IMG/VR virus record: IMGVR_UViG_2778261204_000006
Location: 1 to 38,045 of that record
From: a virus
Lineage: Duplodnaviria; Heunggongvirae; Uroviricota; Caudoviricetes
DNA: 38,045 nucleotides
Reading direction: 5' to 3' (one strand)
Shown here: positions 1-9,504 of the stretch, piece after piece
Layout: every line of letters starts with the position of its first letter
Numbering within the stretch: the first letter of the stretch is position 1
Notes under the pieces: generated by a model
The model's database searches: none
The model's input: only the letters and a program-made list of their open reading frames with translations
What the model was told of the DNA's origin: nothing
Program-made: the position numbers and the translations under genes

Positions 1-624
1 TTACCGACAAACTCGTCGTAGATCAACTCTGGCAATCTGTTCTGCAGGTATATAGGTTGCCAGAGTTCCCCATCCGTCATCTGCCACACCACTATCGCAT
101 TCTGTCCAGATATTGCTCCCGACTGTAGTCCGGTGCGTGACGTATAAGATTATATCTCCCTTATTACCTAACGTGACAGGACCGTTAGGCCGTCCTGCAA
201 ATCGCCCGGGGGCTCGTGAAAGTAAAACAGAGCCATCCTTAAGATATACATAGATTTCAGAAAAAGTGAAATCCATCTGATTGAACAATGACTGCCACGC
301 TGAATGAGTATCATCAGACCATGAGATGTTTTGCTTATGCAGAAATTCATACATCCATTTGCGACCGTATCTGCGCCACAACGCACCGTAAATAAAAGCG
401 CAAAGAAGCGCTGGTGGCGTTGCAAGCCACGAATTCAGACCTGCCCACATAACAGCCTGGTAAACCATCATTGACAGCAGGCCAAAAATCAGCGTCGTAA
501 ATGTCACCTCGATGGGCTTGTGATGGTCTTTCAGGCCCACGTTCGCAATAAAATAGCCGATGTATCCACTGGTCAGTGTCACCAGTGTTGCCCACGGCAG
601 ATTCAGCAGGGATGCATCAAACAT
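1..624 (-). CDS. hypothetical membrane protein (about 3 predicted TM helices plus about 120 aa soluble C-terminal domain); moron-like cargo
   Basis: ORF track 207 aa; strong RBS GGAGG 5 nt before ATG at 624; immediately preceded by an intrinsic terminator; hydrophobic N-terminal segments in translation. Confidence 0.55.
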   Translation of the reverse strand: MFDASLLNLPWATLVTLTSGYIGYFIANVGLKDHHKPIEVTFTTLIFGLLSMMVYQAVMWAGLNSWLATPPALLCAFIYGALWRRYGRKWMYEFLHKQNISWSDDTHSAWQSLFNQMDFTFSEIYVYLKDGSVLLSRAPGRFAGRPNGPVTLGNKGDIILYVTHRTTVGSNIWTECDSGVADDGWGTLATYIPAEQIARVDLRRVCR

Positions 625-653
625 ATTTCCTCCGGTGATATGTTTTTCTGCCA

Positions 654-691
654 GAATAAAAAAAGCGCAACAGGTTATCCATTGCGCTTTT
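654..691 (-). terminator. rho-independent terminator after the small gene downstream of mor
   Basis: Perfect 10-bp stem (661-670 pairs with 682-691), 11-nt loop, followed on the minus strand by a run of about 8 T. Confidence 0.5.
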
Positions 692-718
692 CATAAACCG
701 GGAATTTATTGACGCTCG

Positions 719-955
719 TTAACACTTTCGTGGCGGTGGTGGTGGGTTACGTAAAACTTTCCCGTAATACAAAACACACTTTTCATCAGGCCCGATATGC
801 AGACGTGAGTTGTCAATCAGTCGGTCGCACTCCCGGAGAACATATCTCGCCTCAGTTGAAGTCAGACCGTCAAAAAAATGCCGGATAATTTCCATCGCCA
901 TATCTGCATGGTCTGCCTTCTTCAGGGAGGCGCTGTTGGGGGTTTTATAGCGCAT
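719..955 (-). CDS. hypothetical small protein
   Basis: ORF 719..961; preferred start ATG at 955 with GAGGTG RBS; no recognisable family. Confidence 0.4.
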   Translation of the reverse strand: MRYKTPNSASLKKADHADMAMEIIRHFFDGLTSTEARYVLRECDRLIDNSRLHIGPDEKCVLYYGKVLRNPPPPPRKC

Positions 956-972
956 TATCACCTCGCTTTTGA

Positions 973-1359
973 TTAATCCCGGCTGTCATTCGGTTCATCA
1001 TCGTCTTCGAATAACTGCCCCTGCAACCGGCTGATTTCTTCCTTTCTTACGCGCTTTACCAGGTTGTAAATCCAGGGAACTGAAACCCTGAATCTGCGGG
1101 ACAGTTCGTGGTGGTTACGTCCGTTAAACGCCTCATAGATTTCACGGTCACGCTGGCTTATCTTCCATCTCATCCCCATAGGAAAATAAACGTTTTGCCC
1201 GCCCCAGACCTGCATCATGCGGTTCGCGACGGCCTGACCAATCTGGTCGGCAACTTCGGGCTCAATATCAATAATCTCGCGAACGGTCTCAGAGGTATGC
1301 TGTGCCAGTTCCACCAGGAGTTCCGGCCCCTTACTTCGAAACTGATTCAGGTCGCTCAT
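973..1359 (-). CDS. Mor/C-family transcriptional activator (phage middle/late gene activator)
   Basis: 128 aa; size and C-terminal HTH-like region fit the Mu Mor/C family; GGGAG RBS; located at the distal end of the early arm as in Mu. Confidence 0.65.
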   Translation of the reverse strand: MSDLNQFRSKGPELLVELAQHTSETVREIIDIEPEVADQIGQAVANRMMQVWGGQNVYFPMGMRWKISQRDREIYEAFNGRNHHELSRRFRVSVPWIYNLVKRVRKEEISRLQGQLFEDDDEPNDSRD

Positions 1360-1780
1360 GTTTGACTCCCGCAGCTCTGTGCTGCCACTTCTTCAGTTTC
1401 TCAATAACACTGCTTGCCTGTTCAGTACTGAGCCAGTGCAGGGCGCTGATGCCCGTTTCCCGCTTGATCCACCGCGCTAATGCATTTTCTGAACGGTCAC
1501 GAACAATGCCGGCAGCAGCCATTTCAAGCCATAGCGCACGAATTTTCCTGGACTGCGGATGGTCATCCAGCGGTAAACCGGAGCTGGCTTTTCTGGCAGG
1601 TTTAACCCGAAAGCCTTTCTTTTTCATGGATTCCAGCACGCAGTTTAGTTGTGTGGTATCCATTCCTTTGGTTGAGGCTTTACAGGTCAGCCCCTGTAAC
1701 ATCTGGCGGTAGGTGTCTTCATCCAGACCCAGTTCATTACGGGCAATATGGATAAGCTGAATCAGTCGTTTTTTCTGCAT
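1331..1780 (-). CDS. GemA-like protein (Mu gp16 family)
   Basis: 149 aa; N-terminus KRLIQLIHIARNELGLDEDTYRQML matches the recalled GemA/DUF1018 pattern; 3' end overlaps the mor start. Confidence 0.55.
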   Translation of the reverse strand: MQKKRLIQLIHIARNELGLDEDTYRQMLQGLTCKASTKGMDTTQLNCVLESMKKKGFRVKPARKASSGLPLDDHPQSRKIRALWLEMAAAGIVRDRSENALARWIKRETGISALHWLSTEQASSVIEKLKKWQHRAAGVKHERPESVSK

Positions 1781-1781
1781 A

Positions 1782-1985
1782 TCAACCCCGCTTTTTCAGT
1801 CTGCCGGCAGCAATGTCAGTTGCAGCTGGCAGGGTGACAGGCCAGAACAGCATGACAGCTGTCATATACAGGATGTAATTCGCGGTGTCATAATGGTTAC
1901 CGAAGCCCAGTGCATAATGAAGCCGGGCACTGCATAATCCTGCATATGTGTACCAGAAAAGAAAACAGGCAATAGTTTCAGCCAT
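1782..1985 (-). CDS. small hydrophobic protein
   Basis: ORF 1782..2006; likely start ATG 1985 overlapping the upstream stop by 8 nt (translational coupling). Confidence 0.4.
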   Translation of the reverse strand: MAETIACFLFWYTYAGLCSARLHYALGFGNHYDTANYILYMTAVMLFWPVTLPAATDIAAGRLKKRG

Positions 1986-2385
1986 TATATTTTTTCTCCA
2001 GTTCAATATTTTTCAGGTCATTTTCCGCAAAGAGGATTGCTGTTCTGGCACTCCGCAATCGTGCTTTTGCATTTTTCTCTTCACGTTCAAGGACTGCGAC
2101 AGATTCACGAAGTGCTTCCAGCTTTTTATGAAGACGTTTAATTTCATGTACGATATTTTCAGCATTACGGGCACGCTCAAGGATAAATTCAAATGGATCC
2201 AGTACAGACCCGCACAGTGAACAGGTCAGCGTCCGGTTGATTTCAGAGACTGTTGTCCGGGTATGCCGGCACTGGTTTTGTTCGTTATTCTTCCGTTCAG
2301 AAATAACCACATTCAGCAGTTTTTGGGCTTCTGCATCAGGATCTGGCTGAAGCAGATGAATAATGTTATCGCTGTCGTTATCCAT
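1978..2385 (-). CDS. hypothetical protein with Cys/His cluster and coiled-coil C-terminus
   Basis: ORF 1978..2484; start ATG 2385 overlaps the upstream stop (ATGGATAA); Cys/His cluster followed by charged helical region. Confidence 0.45.
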   Translation of the reverse strand: MDNDSDNIIHLLQPDPDAEAQKLLNVVISERKNNEQNQCRHTRTTVSEINRTLTCSLCGSVLDPFEFILERARNAENIVHEIKRLHKKLEALRESVAVLEREEKNAKARLRSARTAILFAENDLKNIELEKKYNG

Positions 2386-3067
2386 TATCCGCCTCCAGTT
2401 TCTGTTGTTCCTGCCCACTGACCGGGCGGTGCAGTCTGACGTTCTGCCCTTCTCGAAACCCCGCATAGCGCGAGGCGTCGCCATTGCGACTTCTTCCCGG
2501 TTTACGCGCCCTGGTGGTTTGCGTCTGCGGGTATTTATGTTCCAGCCACTGCTGCATCAGTTCACGCTCGTCATCGGTCAGGGCAAAAGCCTGTATTTCA
2601 CTGATAACGGCCAGCACCCAGCCTTCGGCAAACTGGTCGCCACGGCTGGTGCGGGTGGCGGTTTTTATTCTTTTGTTCTGTGCACTGACATACTGCTGAC
2701 GCGCCTTTTTCAGCTGGCGGGCCAGCACTTCCCAGGTATATGCAGCCAGTGCCGCACGTTCCCGGTTGCCGTAGAACCCCACACCCGGATGCGTGCCGGG
2801 GTGAATGATGGAGTTAACACCAGATGCCTCACGGATGATGTTCATCAGGCCCAGCATGTAGCGCGGCGGACGGAGGCTGCCTGTCGGCCAGTAGTGGCTG
2901 ATGGTTTCATCAATATCACTCATGGCTATGTCGGAATGTGTAATGCCGTGAACATCCATCAGTTTACGGGCACGGCGCAGTGCCAGAGCGGCCTCGTGCG
3001 GGTTGCCGGATGCGGCCAGCGCCAGCAACTTTTTCAGTTTCTCAATGTGTTTATTCTGGTCTGTCAT
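2378..3067 (-). CDS. DUF2786-like phage early protein
   Basis: 229 aa; N-terminus KLLALAASGNPHEAALALRRARKLM typical of DUF2786 (recalled); ATGA overlap with the upstream gene. Confidence 0.5.
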   Translation of the reverse strand: MTDQNKHIEKLKKLLALAASGNPHEAALALRRARKLMDVHGITHSDIAMSDIDETISHYWPTGSLRPPRYMLGLMNIIREASGVNSIIHPGTHPGVGFYGNRERAALAAYTWEVLARQLKKARQQYVSAQNKRIKTATRTSRGDQFAEGWVLAVISEIQAFALTDDERELMQQWLEHKYPQTQTTRARKPGRSRNGDASRYAGFREGQNVRLHRPVSGQEQQKLEADNG

Positions 3068-3279
3068 TGTTCAGTATCTCCGGTATTTTTTTGCTGTTCC
3101 CATGCCCGAACAGCGTCGGACAGTTCTTTCAGGCTGTATGCTGCTTTAAGCTTTTCCCATAGCCACTGTGTTGTTATGTGTATCAGCAGGGCAGCCAGGG
3201 CTGCCCCCGCACTGAGGCATGTCGCCAGGCCAGTAAGAATCAGTGTCCATGCGGTGATTTCCCTGAGTATGTCAGCCAC
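3064..3279 (-). CDS. small membrane protein
   Basis: 71 aa, GTG start with GGGAGG RBS 6 nt upstream; one hydrophobic helix. Confidence 0.45.
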   Translation of the reverse strand: MADILREITAWTLILTGLATCLSAGAALAALLIHITTQWLWEKLKAAYSLKELSDAVRAWEQQKNTGDTEQ

Positions 3280-3293
3280 TGAATGCCTCCCGG

Positions 3294-3590
3294 TTACTCG
3301 TTCGTGTAAATCACGCCCAGTCGTGCAGCCAGACGTTCCAGTTTTTTCTGTTTGTGGAAGTCAATCAGCCGGTCCATCCCCTGAAGGCGCAACTGCTCTG
3401 TCATGATTTCCACATCTGCCAGCTCTGCCGCGAGGTCACTTTCGCTGCCCTGTCCGTTCAGGTTGCGGGCGGCACTGGCCGCCAGTTCAGCGGCCTCTTC
3501 TGTCAGTTTCAGGGCCTGTGCATCCGGCCCGAAACGCTGCAGGGCCAGACGATAGAGGTCGGTGCGGGTGAGTATGGTGTTCCGTGTCAT
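3294..3590 (-). CDS. hypothetical early protein
   Basis: 98 aa; GAGGG RBS; within the operon-like leftward gene string. Confidence 0.45.
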   Translation of the reverse strand: MTRNTILTRTDLYRLALQRFGPDAQALKLTEEAAELAASAARNLNGQGSESDLAAELADVEIMTEQLRLQGMDRLIDFHKQKKLERLAARLGVIYTNE

Positions 3591-3599
3591 GCCGCGCCC

Positions 3600-3872
3600 T
3601 CAGTGCTTCCGGTCGACGGTGATGTTCAGGTTGCCTTCTGCAGTGGTTTCCATCCGGTACGGCACCTCATGCTTTGCCGTGTGGGTGAGTGTGTTCACCA
3701 GTACCTGCAGGGCAGCCTCCTTTCCGTTGGTCGCCACAATGGCCTGAGCGGCCATGCTGATTAGCGCTGTCAGGACGTGCTTCACATCGGTGAGGTCGCG
3801 GCATTCACACTCGTTGACATAGTGTTCAACAAGGGTTCGGGTGCGCTGTCGTGCTTCCTGTGGGGTAATCAT
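3600..3872 (-). CDS. hypothetical early protein
   Basis: 90 aa; tightly packed with flanking genes. Confidence 0.45.
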   Translation of the reverse strand: MITPQEARQRTRTLVEHYVNECECRDLTDVKHVLTALISMAAQAIVATNGKEAALQVLVNTLTHTAKHEVPYRMETTAEGNLNITVDRKH

Positions 3873-4063
3873 TGCGCGTCCTCCCTGTCAGGGCGGGAGA
3901 ATTCCATGACGGGCACGTCTGCCGAAAAATGCTGGCTGCAGTACGGGCAGACCAGGGTGACGCGTACCGCAGGTATGTGGTACTTACCGGACATCACGGC
4001 GATGGCGCTGTGAAAACGCAGGGCTGTTATATCCCTCTCGCACTGAATACATTTAAATATCAT
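3869..4063 (-). CDS. small zinc-ribbon-like protein
   Basis: 64 aa with CxxC...CPYC cysteine pairs; GAGGAG RBS. Confidence 0.45.
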   Translation of the reverse strand: MIFKCIQCERDITALRFHSAIAVMSGKYHIPAVRVTLVCPYCSQHFSADVPVMEFSRPDREDAQ

Positions 4064-4160
4064 GATTTAATTCTCCTCTGTTTCCGGCGTGCAGAAGCCC
4101 ACGGCGCTGACGCCGGAATAAAAAAGAAAATGTTTTTATTAAATAATTAACGTGGTGTGT

Positions 4161-4691
4161 TTACTGCACATCCTGCTCAAAAGGAATTATTGAAAAATCC
4201 TCAATATCACTTTTTATGGTAATACCGGGAATATTTTTCACGGCGTCTTTTTCATTCAGGATGGCGTCTTTATTTATTTCCTCTTTTACACGAATAAATC
4301 GCTCAAGCCCCAGACGTCTCAGTAGCTCAATAACATTATCCGCCCCGCGAATGCTGACTGACGGTGGACGGTTTCTCCACTGTACCTCGCCGGTGGTGAG
4401 GTTAGCGAACTTCACCTTCCCGTTGCCGGTCAGTTCATCACGGTGTGCCTCACACCATGTCTGGATACCGGACTGCAGTTCTGACATGCGTTTTTTCAGG
4501 CTCTCGGTGAGCGGGGCATAACGTGCGGTGATATCGCCAATGGCGTCATTCATTTCTGTTTCAGCCCTGACCAGTTCACGTTGTGCGTCACCGAGCAGTC
4601 TGATTCCCTCAATGACCTCTTCGCGTGTTCCTGGTACCCAGAGTGCCGCTGCGGACTTGATACGTTTTGCCCCTTTTGTACTTTTTGCCAT
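4161..4691 (-). CDS. Gam-like host-nuclease inhibitor protein
   Basis: About 176 aa from ATG 4691; size and position downstream of the B-like ATPase match Mu Gam; family assignment from recalled similarity. Confidence 0.6.
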   Translation of the reverse strand: MAKSTKGAKRIKSAAALWVPGTREEVIEGIRLLGDAQRELVRAETEMNDAIGDITARYAPLTESLKKRMSELQSGIQTWCEAHRDELTGNGKVKFANLTTGEVQWRNRPPSVSIRGADNVIELLRRLGLERFIRVKEEINKDAILNEKDAVKNIPGITIKSDIEDFSIIPFEQDVQ

Positions 4692-4716
4692 ATTATGATT
4701 TCTCCGGTTGTGCTGA

Positions 4717-4986
4717 TTACCACAAAGATTCCGGCCACACGACGCGACAGCCGTGCAGTTCGAAAACGCCCTGACGGAAATGTCCCCTGTGGTCATGACC
4801 GGTATACAGATAACTGGCTTTCCCCTGTTCAAGCATGCGCATGCAATGCGCACTCCGGGAAACGCGGATGACAGGTTTATTGCCCCTGATGGTGATGCTT
4901 TGTACATCCGTGTTCGTCGCCATAAGCGCCATAATGGCTGACTGCACTTTGCTGATTTGCTGGTTGATACCTGTGATGGATTTCAT
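4717..4986 (-). CDS. hypothetical early protein
   Basis: 89 aa; ATG 2 nt after the stop of the B-like gene. Confidence 0.45.
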   Translation of the reverse strand: MKSITGINQQISKVQSAIMALMATNTDVQSITIRGNKPVIRVSRSAHCMRMLEQGKASYLYTGHDHRGHFRQGVFELHGCRVVWPESLW

Positions 4987-4988
4987 TC

Positions 4989-6155
4989 TTAAACCCCTTT
5001 GACAACGTCAGCGTTGACCTGTGGAACACCGATTTCAGCAGCCAGATTCATGGCGGCTATCACCAGGTTACTGACGGCCAGCGGATACAGCAGGCTGACC
5101 CTGTTTTTACGGTGACTTCCCGGATTGCTCAGGCGGGCACGTATGGCATCCACTGCGCCGGCGTCCATAATGTCCGTCAGTTGTTTACCGGCCCGTTGCA
5201 GTTTGAACGTCAGAAACTCTTCAAGGTTATTGTCCAGAGGCAGAAGTTCGACCACCTCACAGCGCTGAACGACTTCACGGACTTCCATATTGCGTTCAGA
5301 CAGTTTTGTCGCCAGTTCCGGCTGGCCAATCAGCACGATGGACAGCAGTTTTTTGAAACCGGACTCCAGCTCAAAAAAGCGTTTGAGGTGTTTCAGTGTC
5401 GGAATAGGCAGACTGTGGGCCTCCTCAATCACCAGAACGTGGCTGAACCCCGCCTGGCTGCTGTCTTTCAGGACGCGATGCAACTGGCGAAAGCGGGCGT
5501 CCTGACTGCGTCTGATGCTTTCCAGTGGTGCGATGGTACTGATAATGGCTTCGGCAATCGCTGCTGCCTTCAGGGTTTTCCCTTTCACATCGTTGTCTTC
5601 CATGGCGATGACGTATGGCTCGATAACAATCACCGGCGCATTCTCGCGGTTGATACGTTCAGTCAGGTCGCGGCGCAGCGTGGATTTACCCGCACCGGAC
5701 TCACCGATGACGGCCATAAACCCGCCATGACGGGCTGTCTGGTACAGCGCCTCACGCACGTAGCGAATGTCCGGGGTGGTGAACACATCATCAGAACCCT
5801 GCATGGCTTCGTCGGCGAACGGGTCACGGAAAAGACCAAACGCTTTTTTGGTTGCTGGAAATAACACCTGTTTTTTGAGTAACATATTCTCTTCCTCACT
5901 GAGGCTCGTTTTATCTGTGGTACCCGCTGTACGGGGCGTGGCCGCGCCCTGTACAGCATCAAAACTCTTCGTTGTATCAATCCCCTGACTTTCCAGCCAG
6001 GACGCAAGACGCCGGCGCACTTCTCCGGGGCGGGTGCGGGGCCACGCGTTATGATTCACAATCTGGGCCAGCGTGGCCTCAGAAACATCGACAGCTCTCG
6101 CCACCACCGCCTGTGGAATACGGGCCTCTTTCAGTTGCTGCTTCAGTACCAGCAT
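4989..6155 (-). CDS. transposition ATPase (Mu B-like AAA+ target-DNA activator)
   Basis: Walker A GESGAGKST in translation; N-terminal HTH-like region; ATG 6155 with GGAGGG RBS 10 nt after the transposase stop. Confidence 0.75.
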   Translation of the reverse strand: MLVLKQQLKEARIPQAVVARAVDVSEATLAQIVNHNAWPRTRPGEVRRRLASWLESQGIDTTKSFDAVQGAATPRTAGTTDKTSLSEEENMLLKKQVLFPATKKAFGLFRDPFADEAMQGSDDVFTTPDIRYVREALYQTARHGGFMAVIGESGAGKSTLRRDLTERINRENAPVIVIEPYVIAMEDNDVKGKTLKAAAIAEAIISTIAPLESIRRSQDARFRQLHRVLKDSSQAGFSHVLVIEEAHSLPIPTLKHLKRFFELESGFKKLLSIVLIGQPELATKLSERNMEVREVVQRCEVVELLPLDNNLEEFLTFKLQRAGKQLTDIMDAGAVDAIRARLSNPGSHRKNRVSLLYPLAVSNLVIAAMNLAAEIGVPQVNADVVKGV

Positions 6156-6165
6156 GTTTCCCTCC

Positions 6166-7935
6166 TTAGTTGCCGTTAACAATGCTGATAACGCTGCTGC
6201 GGGCCGGCGTGGTCAGCGTGGCCATGACTTCATCCAGTGCGGCTTCCGGTACGCCGTCCGGATACTGTGCCGTTAACTGGCGGTAATGTTCCGGCGTCCA
6301 GGTAAGGCCGTTGGCGCTGAACTTCCCGCGCAGGGCTTTCGCGGCCTCCACATGAGTCATGGGACGCTGTTCAGTGCGCGGTCCGCGTACGTCAGAGGCC
6401 TGACCTCGCTTCGGTATACAGGCCGGAAGTGTGGCGTCATCAATATGTTTATACGGGTCAAGCCGCCCGCCGAACGGCAGCGCCTTCGCCTTGCGTGCGG
6501 CAGCTGCATCTGCGGCGTTGTCTGTACCGGTGACCAGCGCTTCGGTTTCTTTTGCCGCCATCTGCGCCGGGGTTTCCGGCAGGGCTTTGTAACTTTCGCC
6601 AAATACCGCCGCGCCTTCAGCAAAGCCAAACTCGTTCTTTCTGACCTCTTCGACCAGGAAGAACGTCTCGTGGCCGTCCTCACCGGTCAGAACCACCTGT
6701 GCCACATCGCTGCGCCACGGGTTACGGGTAATCATCAGTTTTTCACCGACCAGTACGCCCGGTACCGTTGATACGTCAAATTCAGTGCCCCGGAACGAGA
6801 CACGAAGTTTTGGCGTGACTTTGCGGAGTTCTGGTGCTGCCACAGCCAGTTCACGGCATACCTCAACGGAAGGCGCTTTTTTCAGCTGCTCAGCAGTAAT
6901 CTTCAGCCAGATATCCGTGCGGGTTTTACCGTGGCGGCTGTGAACAGCTGTTGCGTTAAAGTGGCTGCGCCATTTCGCGGCCAGCGCGTTGAGTTCTTCC
7001 AGACTGTGAACCGGCCGGAACTTCAGACCCGGCTCCAGCTTGCGTTCGATAATGTCTCGCGCCTTTTCCACCTGTCCGGTGGCGCGGGCGTTATGCGGCT
7101 TGTGCGCTATCAGGTCGATGCCCAGTGAGCGGCACATGTTTTTCGTCATACCCGCGGTGTTTGCCGAGCCGGGGTCGAGATAGAGTATTTTCGGCACGCC
7201 GTGCAGCACGTCTGCGCCGCCACGCTCCTGCATGGCATTGATAAGCACAGAACACAGGTTCTCACCGGATTCCGCACCCGTCACATACTCAACGTAAATC
7301 CAGCCGCTGGCATGGTCGGTAATCTCGTAACTCCACACGCGGTCACTGGCGATACGGGCAAGGTTAGCGGGCTTGTTCTTGTAGAATTTCGCGCTGTCCA
7401 TCACCTGCAGCCCTTTATGTCCATTGCTCAGGTAGTAAAGCGTGCAGAGTGAGGCGTCAATCTGCCAGACATGATTGGGATGCAGACTGGCCACTTCGGT
7501 ATGTGGTGCAGGGGCATCCAGTTGTTCCGGGTGCAGGCCATAGTTACGCAGGGCGCGACTGATGGCATCTTCGGACAACGGGAAAAACTCACCGGTGGTT
7601 TCATCTGTTCTGCCTGCGGAGATAAAGCCGTTAGCCCGCAGGGTTTCCACTGCATCCGCGATGGAATAGAGACGCTTACCGTTCTTGCGGGTGGCCTCAC
7701 GTAGTGTGGCAGATATCAGCGCGGCTTCGTCGCGGGTCAGGGCGCTGCGCCCGGCATCGGCGCGTTTTTTGCGTTTATCAGTCACAGATACCTCCTTCAG
7801 CCTGCGCAGCAGAGTGGCGCGGGACATGCCAAGTTCAGCACAGGCAGCGTCGTATATTGCACCGCGTTTACCATGCCCCGCGTCACGTGCCGCGCGGGCT
7901 GTTTCAACCAGTTTTTCAGTCAGTGCCGGGGTCAT
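6166..7935 (-). CDS. DDE transposase (Mu A-like)
   Basis: 589 aa; acidic catalytic-motif candidates (VWQIDAS, YLDPGSANT); paired with a downstream ATPase as in Mu A-B. Confidence 0.85.
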   Translation of the reverse strand: MTPALTEKLVETARAARDAGHGKRGAIYDAACAELGMSRATLLRRLKEVSVTDKRKKRADAGRSALTRDEAALISATLREATRKNGKRLYSIADAVETLRANGFISAGRTDETTGEFFPLSEDAISRALRNYGLHPEQLDAPAPHTEVASLHPNHVWQIDASLCTLYYLSNGHKGLQVMDSAKFYKNKPANLARIASDRVWSYEITDHASGWIYVEYVTGAESGENLCSVLINAMQERGGADVLHGVPKILYLDPGSANTAGMTKNMCRSLGIDLIAHKPHNARATGQVEKARDIIERKLEPGLKFRPVHSLEELNALAAKWRSHFNATAVHSRHGKTRTDIWLKITAEQLKKAPSVEVCRELAVAAPELRKVTPKLRVSFRGTEFDVSTVPGVLVGEKLMITRNPWRSDVAQVVLTGEDGHETFFLVEEVRKNEFGFAEGAAVFGESYKALPETPAQMAAKETEALVTGTDNAADAAAARKAKALPFGGRLDPYKHIDDATLPACIPKRGQASDVRGPRTEQRPMTHVEAAKALRGKFSANGLTWTPEHYRQLTAQYPDGVPEAALDEVMATLTTPARSSVISIVNGN

Positions 7936-7950
7936 AGCTTGTCTTCCCTG

Positions 7951-8268
7951 TTATCCGATTCTGGCGGCAATTTTTCTGGCGAGGTCGCACAGTGTTTCGC
8001 CATCGCAGGTTTTCACCACGGTATTTACCGGTTGCGGTGCAACTACCGGGCGCAATGCTGACTGATTCTGCAGACGTCTTATCTGCTGCATCAGCATCAC
8101 CTCCATCGCCAGTACAAACGGGTGCGCCTCCTGTGCGGGTACGCAGATTTCACCGGAAGGGGTCACCACGCGGAAACCCTGCACCATTTCCGGCACCAGA
8201 TTACACAGTGCGTGCCCCAGTGCTTCCGGGCTGTCCATCAGGATATTTTGTGTGTTATTCGTGTTCAT
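7951..8268 (-). CDS. hypothetical early protein
   Basis: 105 aa; TAATG overlap with the upstream gene. Confidence 0.45.
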   Translation of the reverse strand: MNTNNTQNILMDSPEALGHALCNLVPEMVQGFRVVTPSGEICVPAQEAHPFVLAMEVMLMQQIRRLQNQSALRPVVAPQPVNTVVKTCDGETLCDLARKIAARIG

Positions 8269-9185
8269 TAACGTATGCCCTCCGGTCGGTTGATTTCAGG
8301 CTCCGGTTCGGTCAGCCAGGCGGGGACATCGTTACCCGATGGTGCGGCATCAAGGTCAAACGTCTCACGCAATGCATGAACACTGCGTTCAATCTGGCAG
8401 ACCAGACCGGCCATGAAATCTCTGGGGGTATCAATCATGTGTTCAGCACAATATGCGCACAGCGTCTCAAACGCGCCGGACAGCCGGACGGCGATGGCAG
8501 ATTCCGCCTCAACCGCTAATGCCGTCACTTCCGCCCGCAATTTTTTCAGTTCTTCGTCTGGCGGCGGAGGTTGCAGGCGCGATTTCTTCTCCAGTTTTGT
8601 GGCCAGTTCGTTGATTTTTTCGTCCTTTCCGGCAAGCACCTGTTGCTGAGCTGCGTTGGTTTCGCGCGCTTCACGCAGGGCCTGGCGAAGTTCGCGGCTG
8701 GTCATGCGATCAATATCGTCGAGAGTCATTCCAGCAACCGTGCCGCCGTCAGCCAGTTCGGCAAGATCTTCGTCATCTTCCGTCATTAACTCAAAAAGTT
8801 TGGTTTTCCCCAAATGTGCCAGCGCTGGCACATTTGGTTTCAGCGTCGGGGATAAGTATTTTGTCGATGCCTGCATCATTCGCACAGATGTCCGGTACGC
8901 CAGCCCCAACTCACCTTCAAGAATCTTTATAAACTCCCCATGCGGCTCATTTTCCTTAAGAAGGATCAATCGTTTACCGGCTTCCAGCATTGCTTCCGCG
9001 CTCTGCGCCATATAAAAGCGTGCCTCATGAACAACACGATCGCGCTCATAGGGCAGGCCATCACCGAACAGTTGCATGATCTCCGTGCTGTGTTGTGTCA
9101 TGGCGTTCAGACTGACATTGAGATCATCCGACAGGGGGACCTCGGCGTTCAGTTCAGTGTTAACCAGTGATTTAGTGCGTCCCAT
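8268..9185 (-). CDS. hypothetical early protein (acidic and coiled-coil regions)
   Basis: 305 aa; strong AAGGAG RBS 6 nt before ATG 9185. Confidence 0.5.
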   Translation of the reverse strand: MGRTKSLVNTELNAEVPLSDDLNVSLNAMTQHSTEIMQLFGDGLPYERDRVVHEARFYMAQSAEAMLEAGKRLILLKENEPHGEFIKILEGELGLAYRTSVRMMQASTKYLSPTLKPNVPALAHLGKTKLFELMTEDDEDLAELADGGTVAGMTLDDIDRMTSRELRQALREARETNAAQQQVLAGKDEKINELATKLEKKSRLQPPPPDEELKKLRAEVTALAVEAESAIAVRLSGAFETLCAYCAEHMIDTPRDFMAGLVCQIERSVHALRETFDLDAAPSGNDVPAWLTEPEPEINRPEGIR

Positions 9186-9195
9186 TGATTACTCC

Positions 9196-9504
9196 TTACA
9201 AACGACTACCTGAAATAACTCGCTGGTTGATTTCGTTAATACGATCCTGTGCACGTGCCATCTCGTTACTGTGGGCCATAGCGATCTGCAGTAACTGGAT
9301 GCCCGGCGCGAAACGCCCGTTTTCCAGTTTCAGGGCCAACCCTTCTTCAATGAGGGTGTTGAGTGCCCGGTTGATGTTTGCCGGTGACTCGTGCAGTGCT
9401 GCCGCCAGTTCACCGTTGGAAATACCGTTCAGGGCATGACCACGCAGCGCTTTCAGTACCCGGAGGATGCGACTGCCGGAGCTTGAAACATTCGTCTTAC
9501 TCAT
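9196..9504 (-). CDS. winged-helix DNA-binding regulator (IclR-N-terminal-like fold)
   Basis: ORF 9196..9510; translation SRILRVLKALRGHALNGISNGELAAALHESPANINRALNTLIEEGLAL resembles wHTH domains. Confidence 0.45.
   Translation of the reverse strand: MSKTNVSSSGSRILRVLKALRGHALNGISNGELAAALHESPANINRALNTLIEEGLALKLENGRFAPGIQLLQIAMAHSNEMARAQDRINEINQRVISGSRL

Noticed and set aside
1-700. Prophage left end within the first few hundred bases
   Set aside because: The sequence resembling the right-end inverted terminus (TGATGCGCC...GATAAATG) is not present near the window start, and the 207-aa ORF runs to position 1, so the left end must lie outside the window.
2363-3406. 347-aa plus-strand ORF spanning several minus-strand early genes
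   Set aside because: Antisense to a string of tightly coupled minus-strand genes with good RBSs; Cys/Arg/Ser-rich translation typical of a spurious antisense frame.
6286-6771. Plus-strand ORFs (e.g. 6286..6771, 7685..8065, 7992..8519) opposite the transposase and early genes
   Set aside because: All antisense to strongly supported coding regions; compositions consistent with shadow ORFs.
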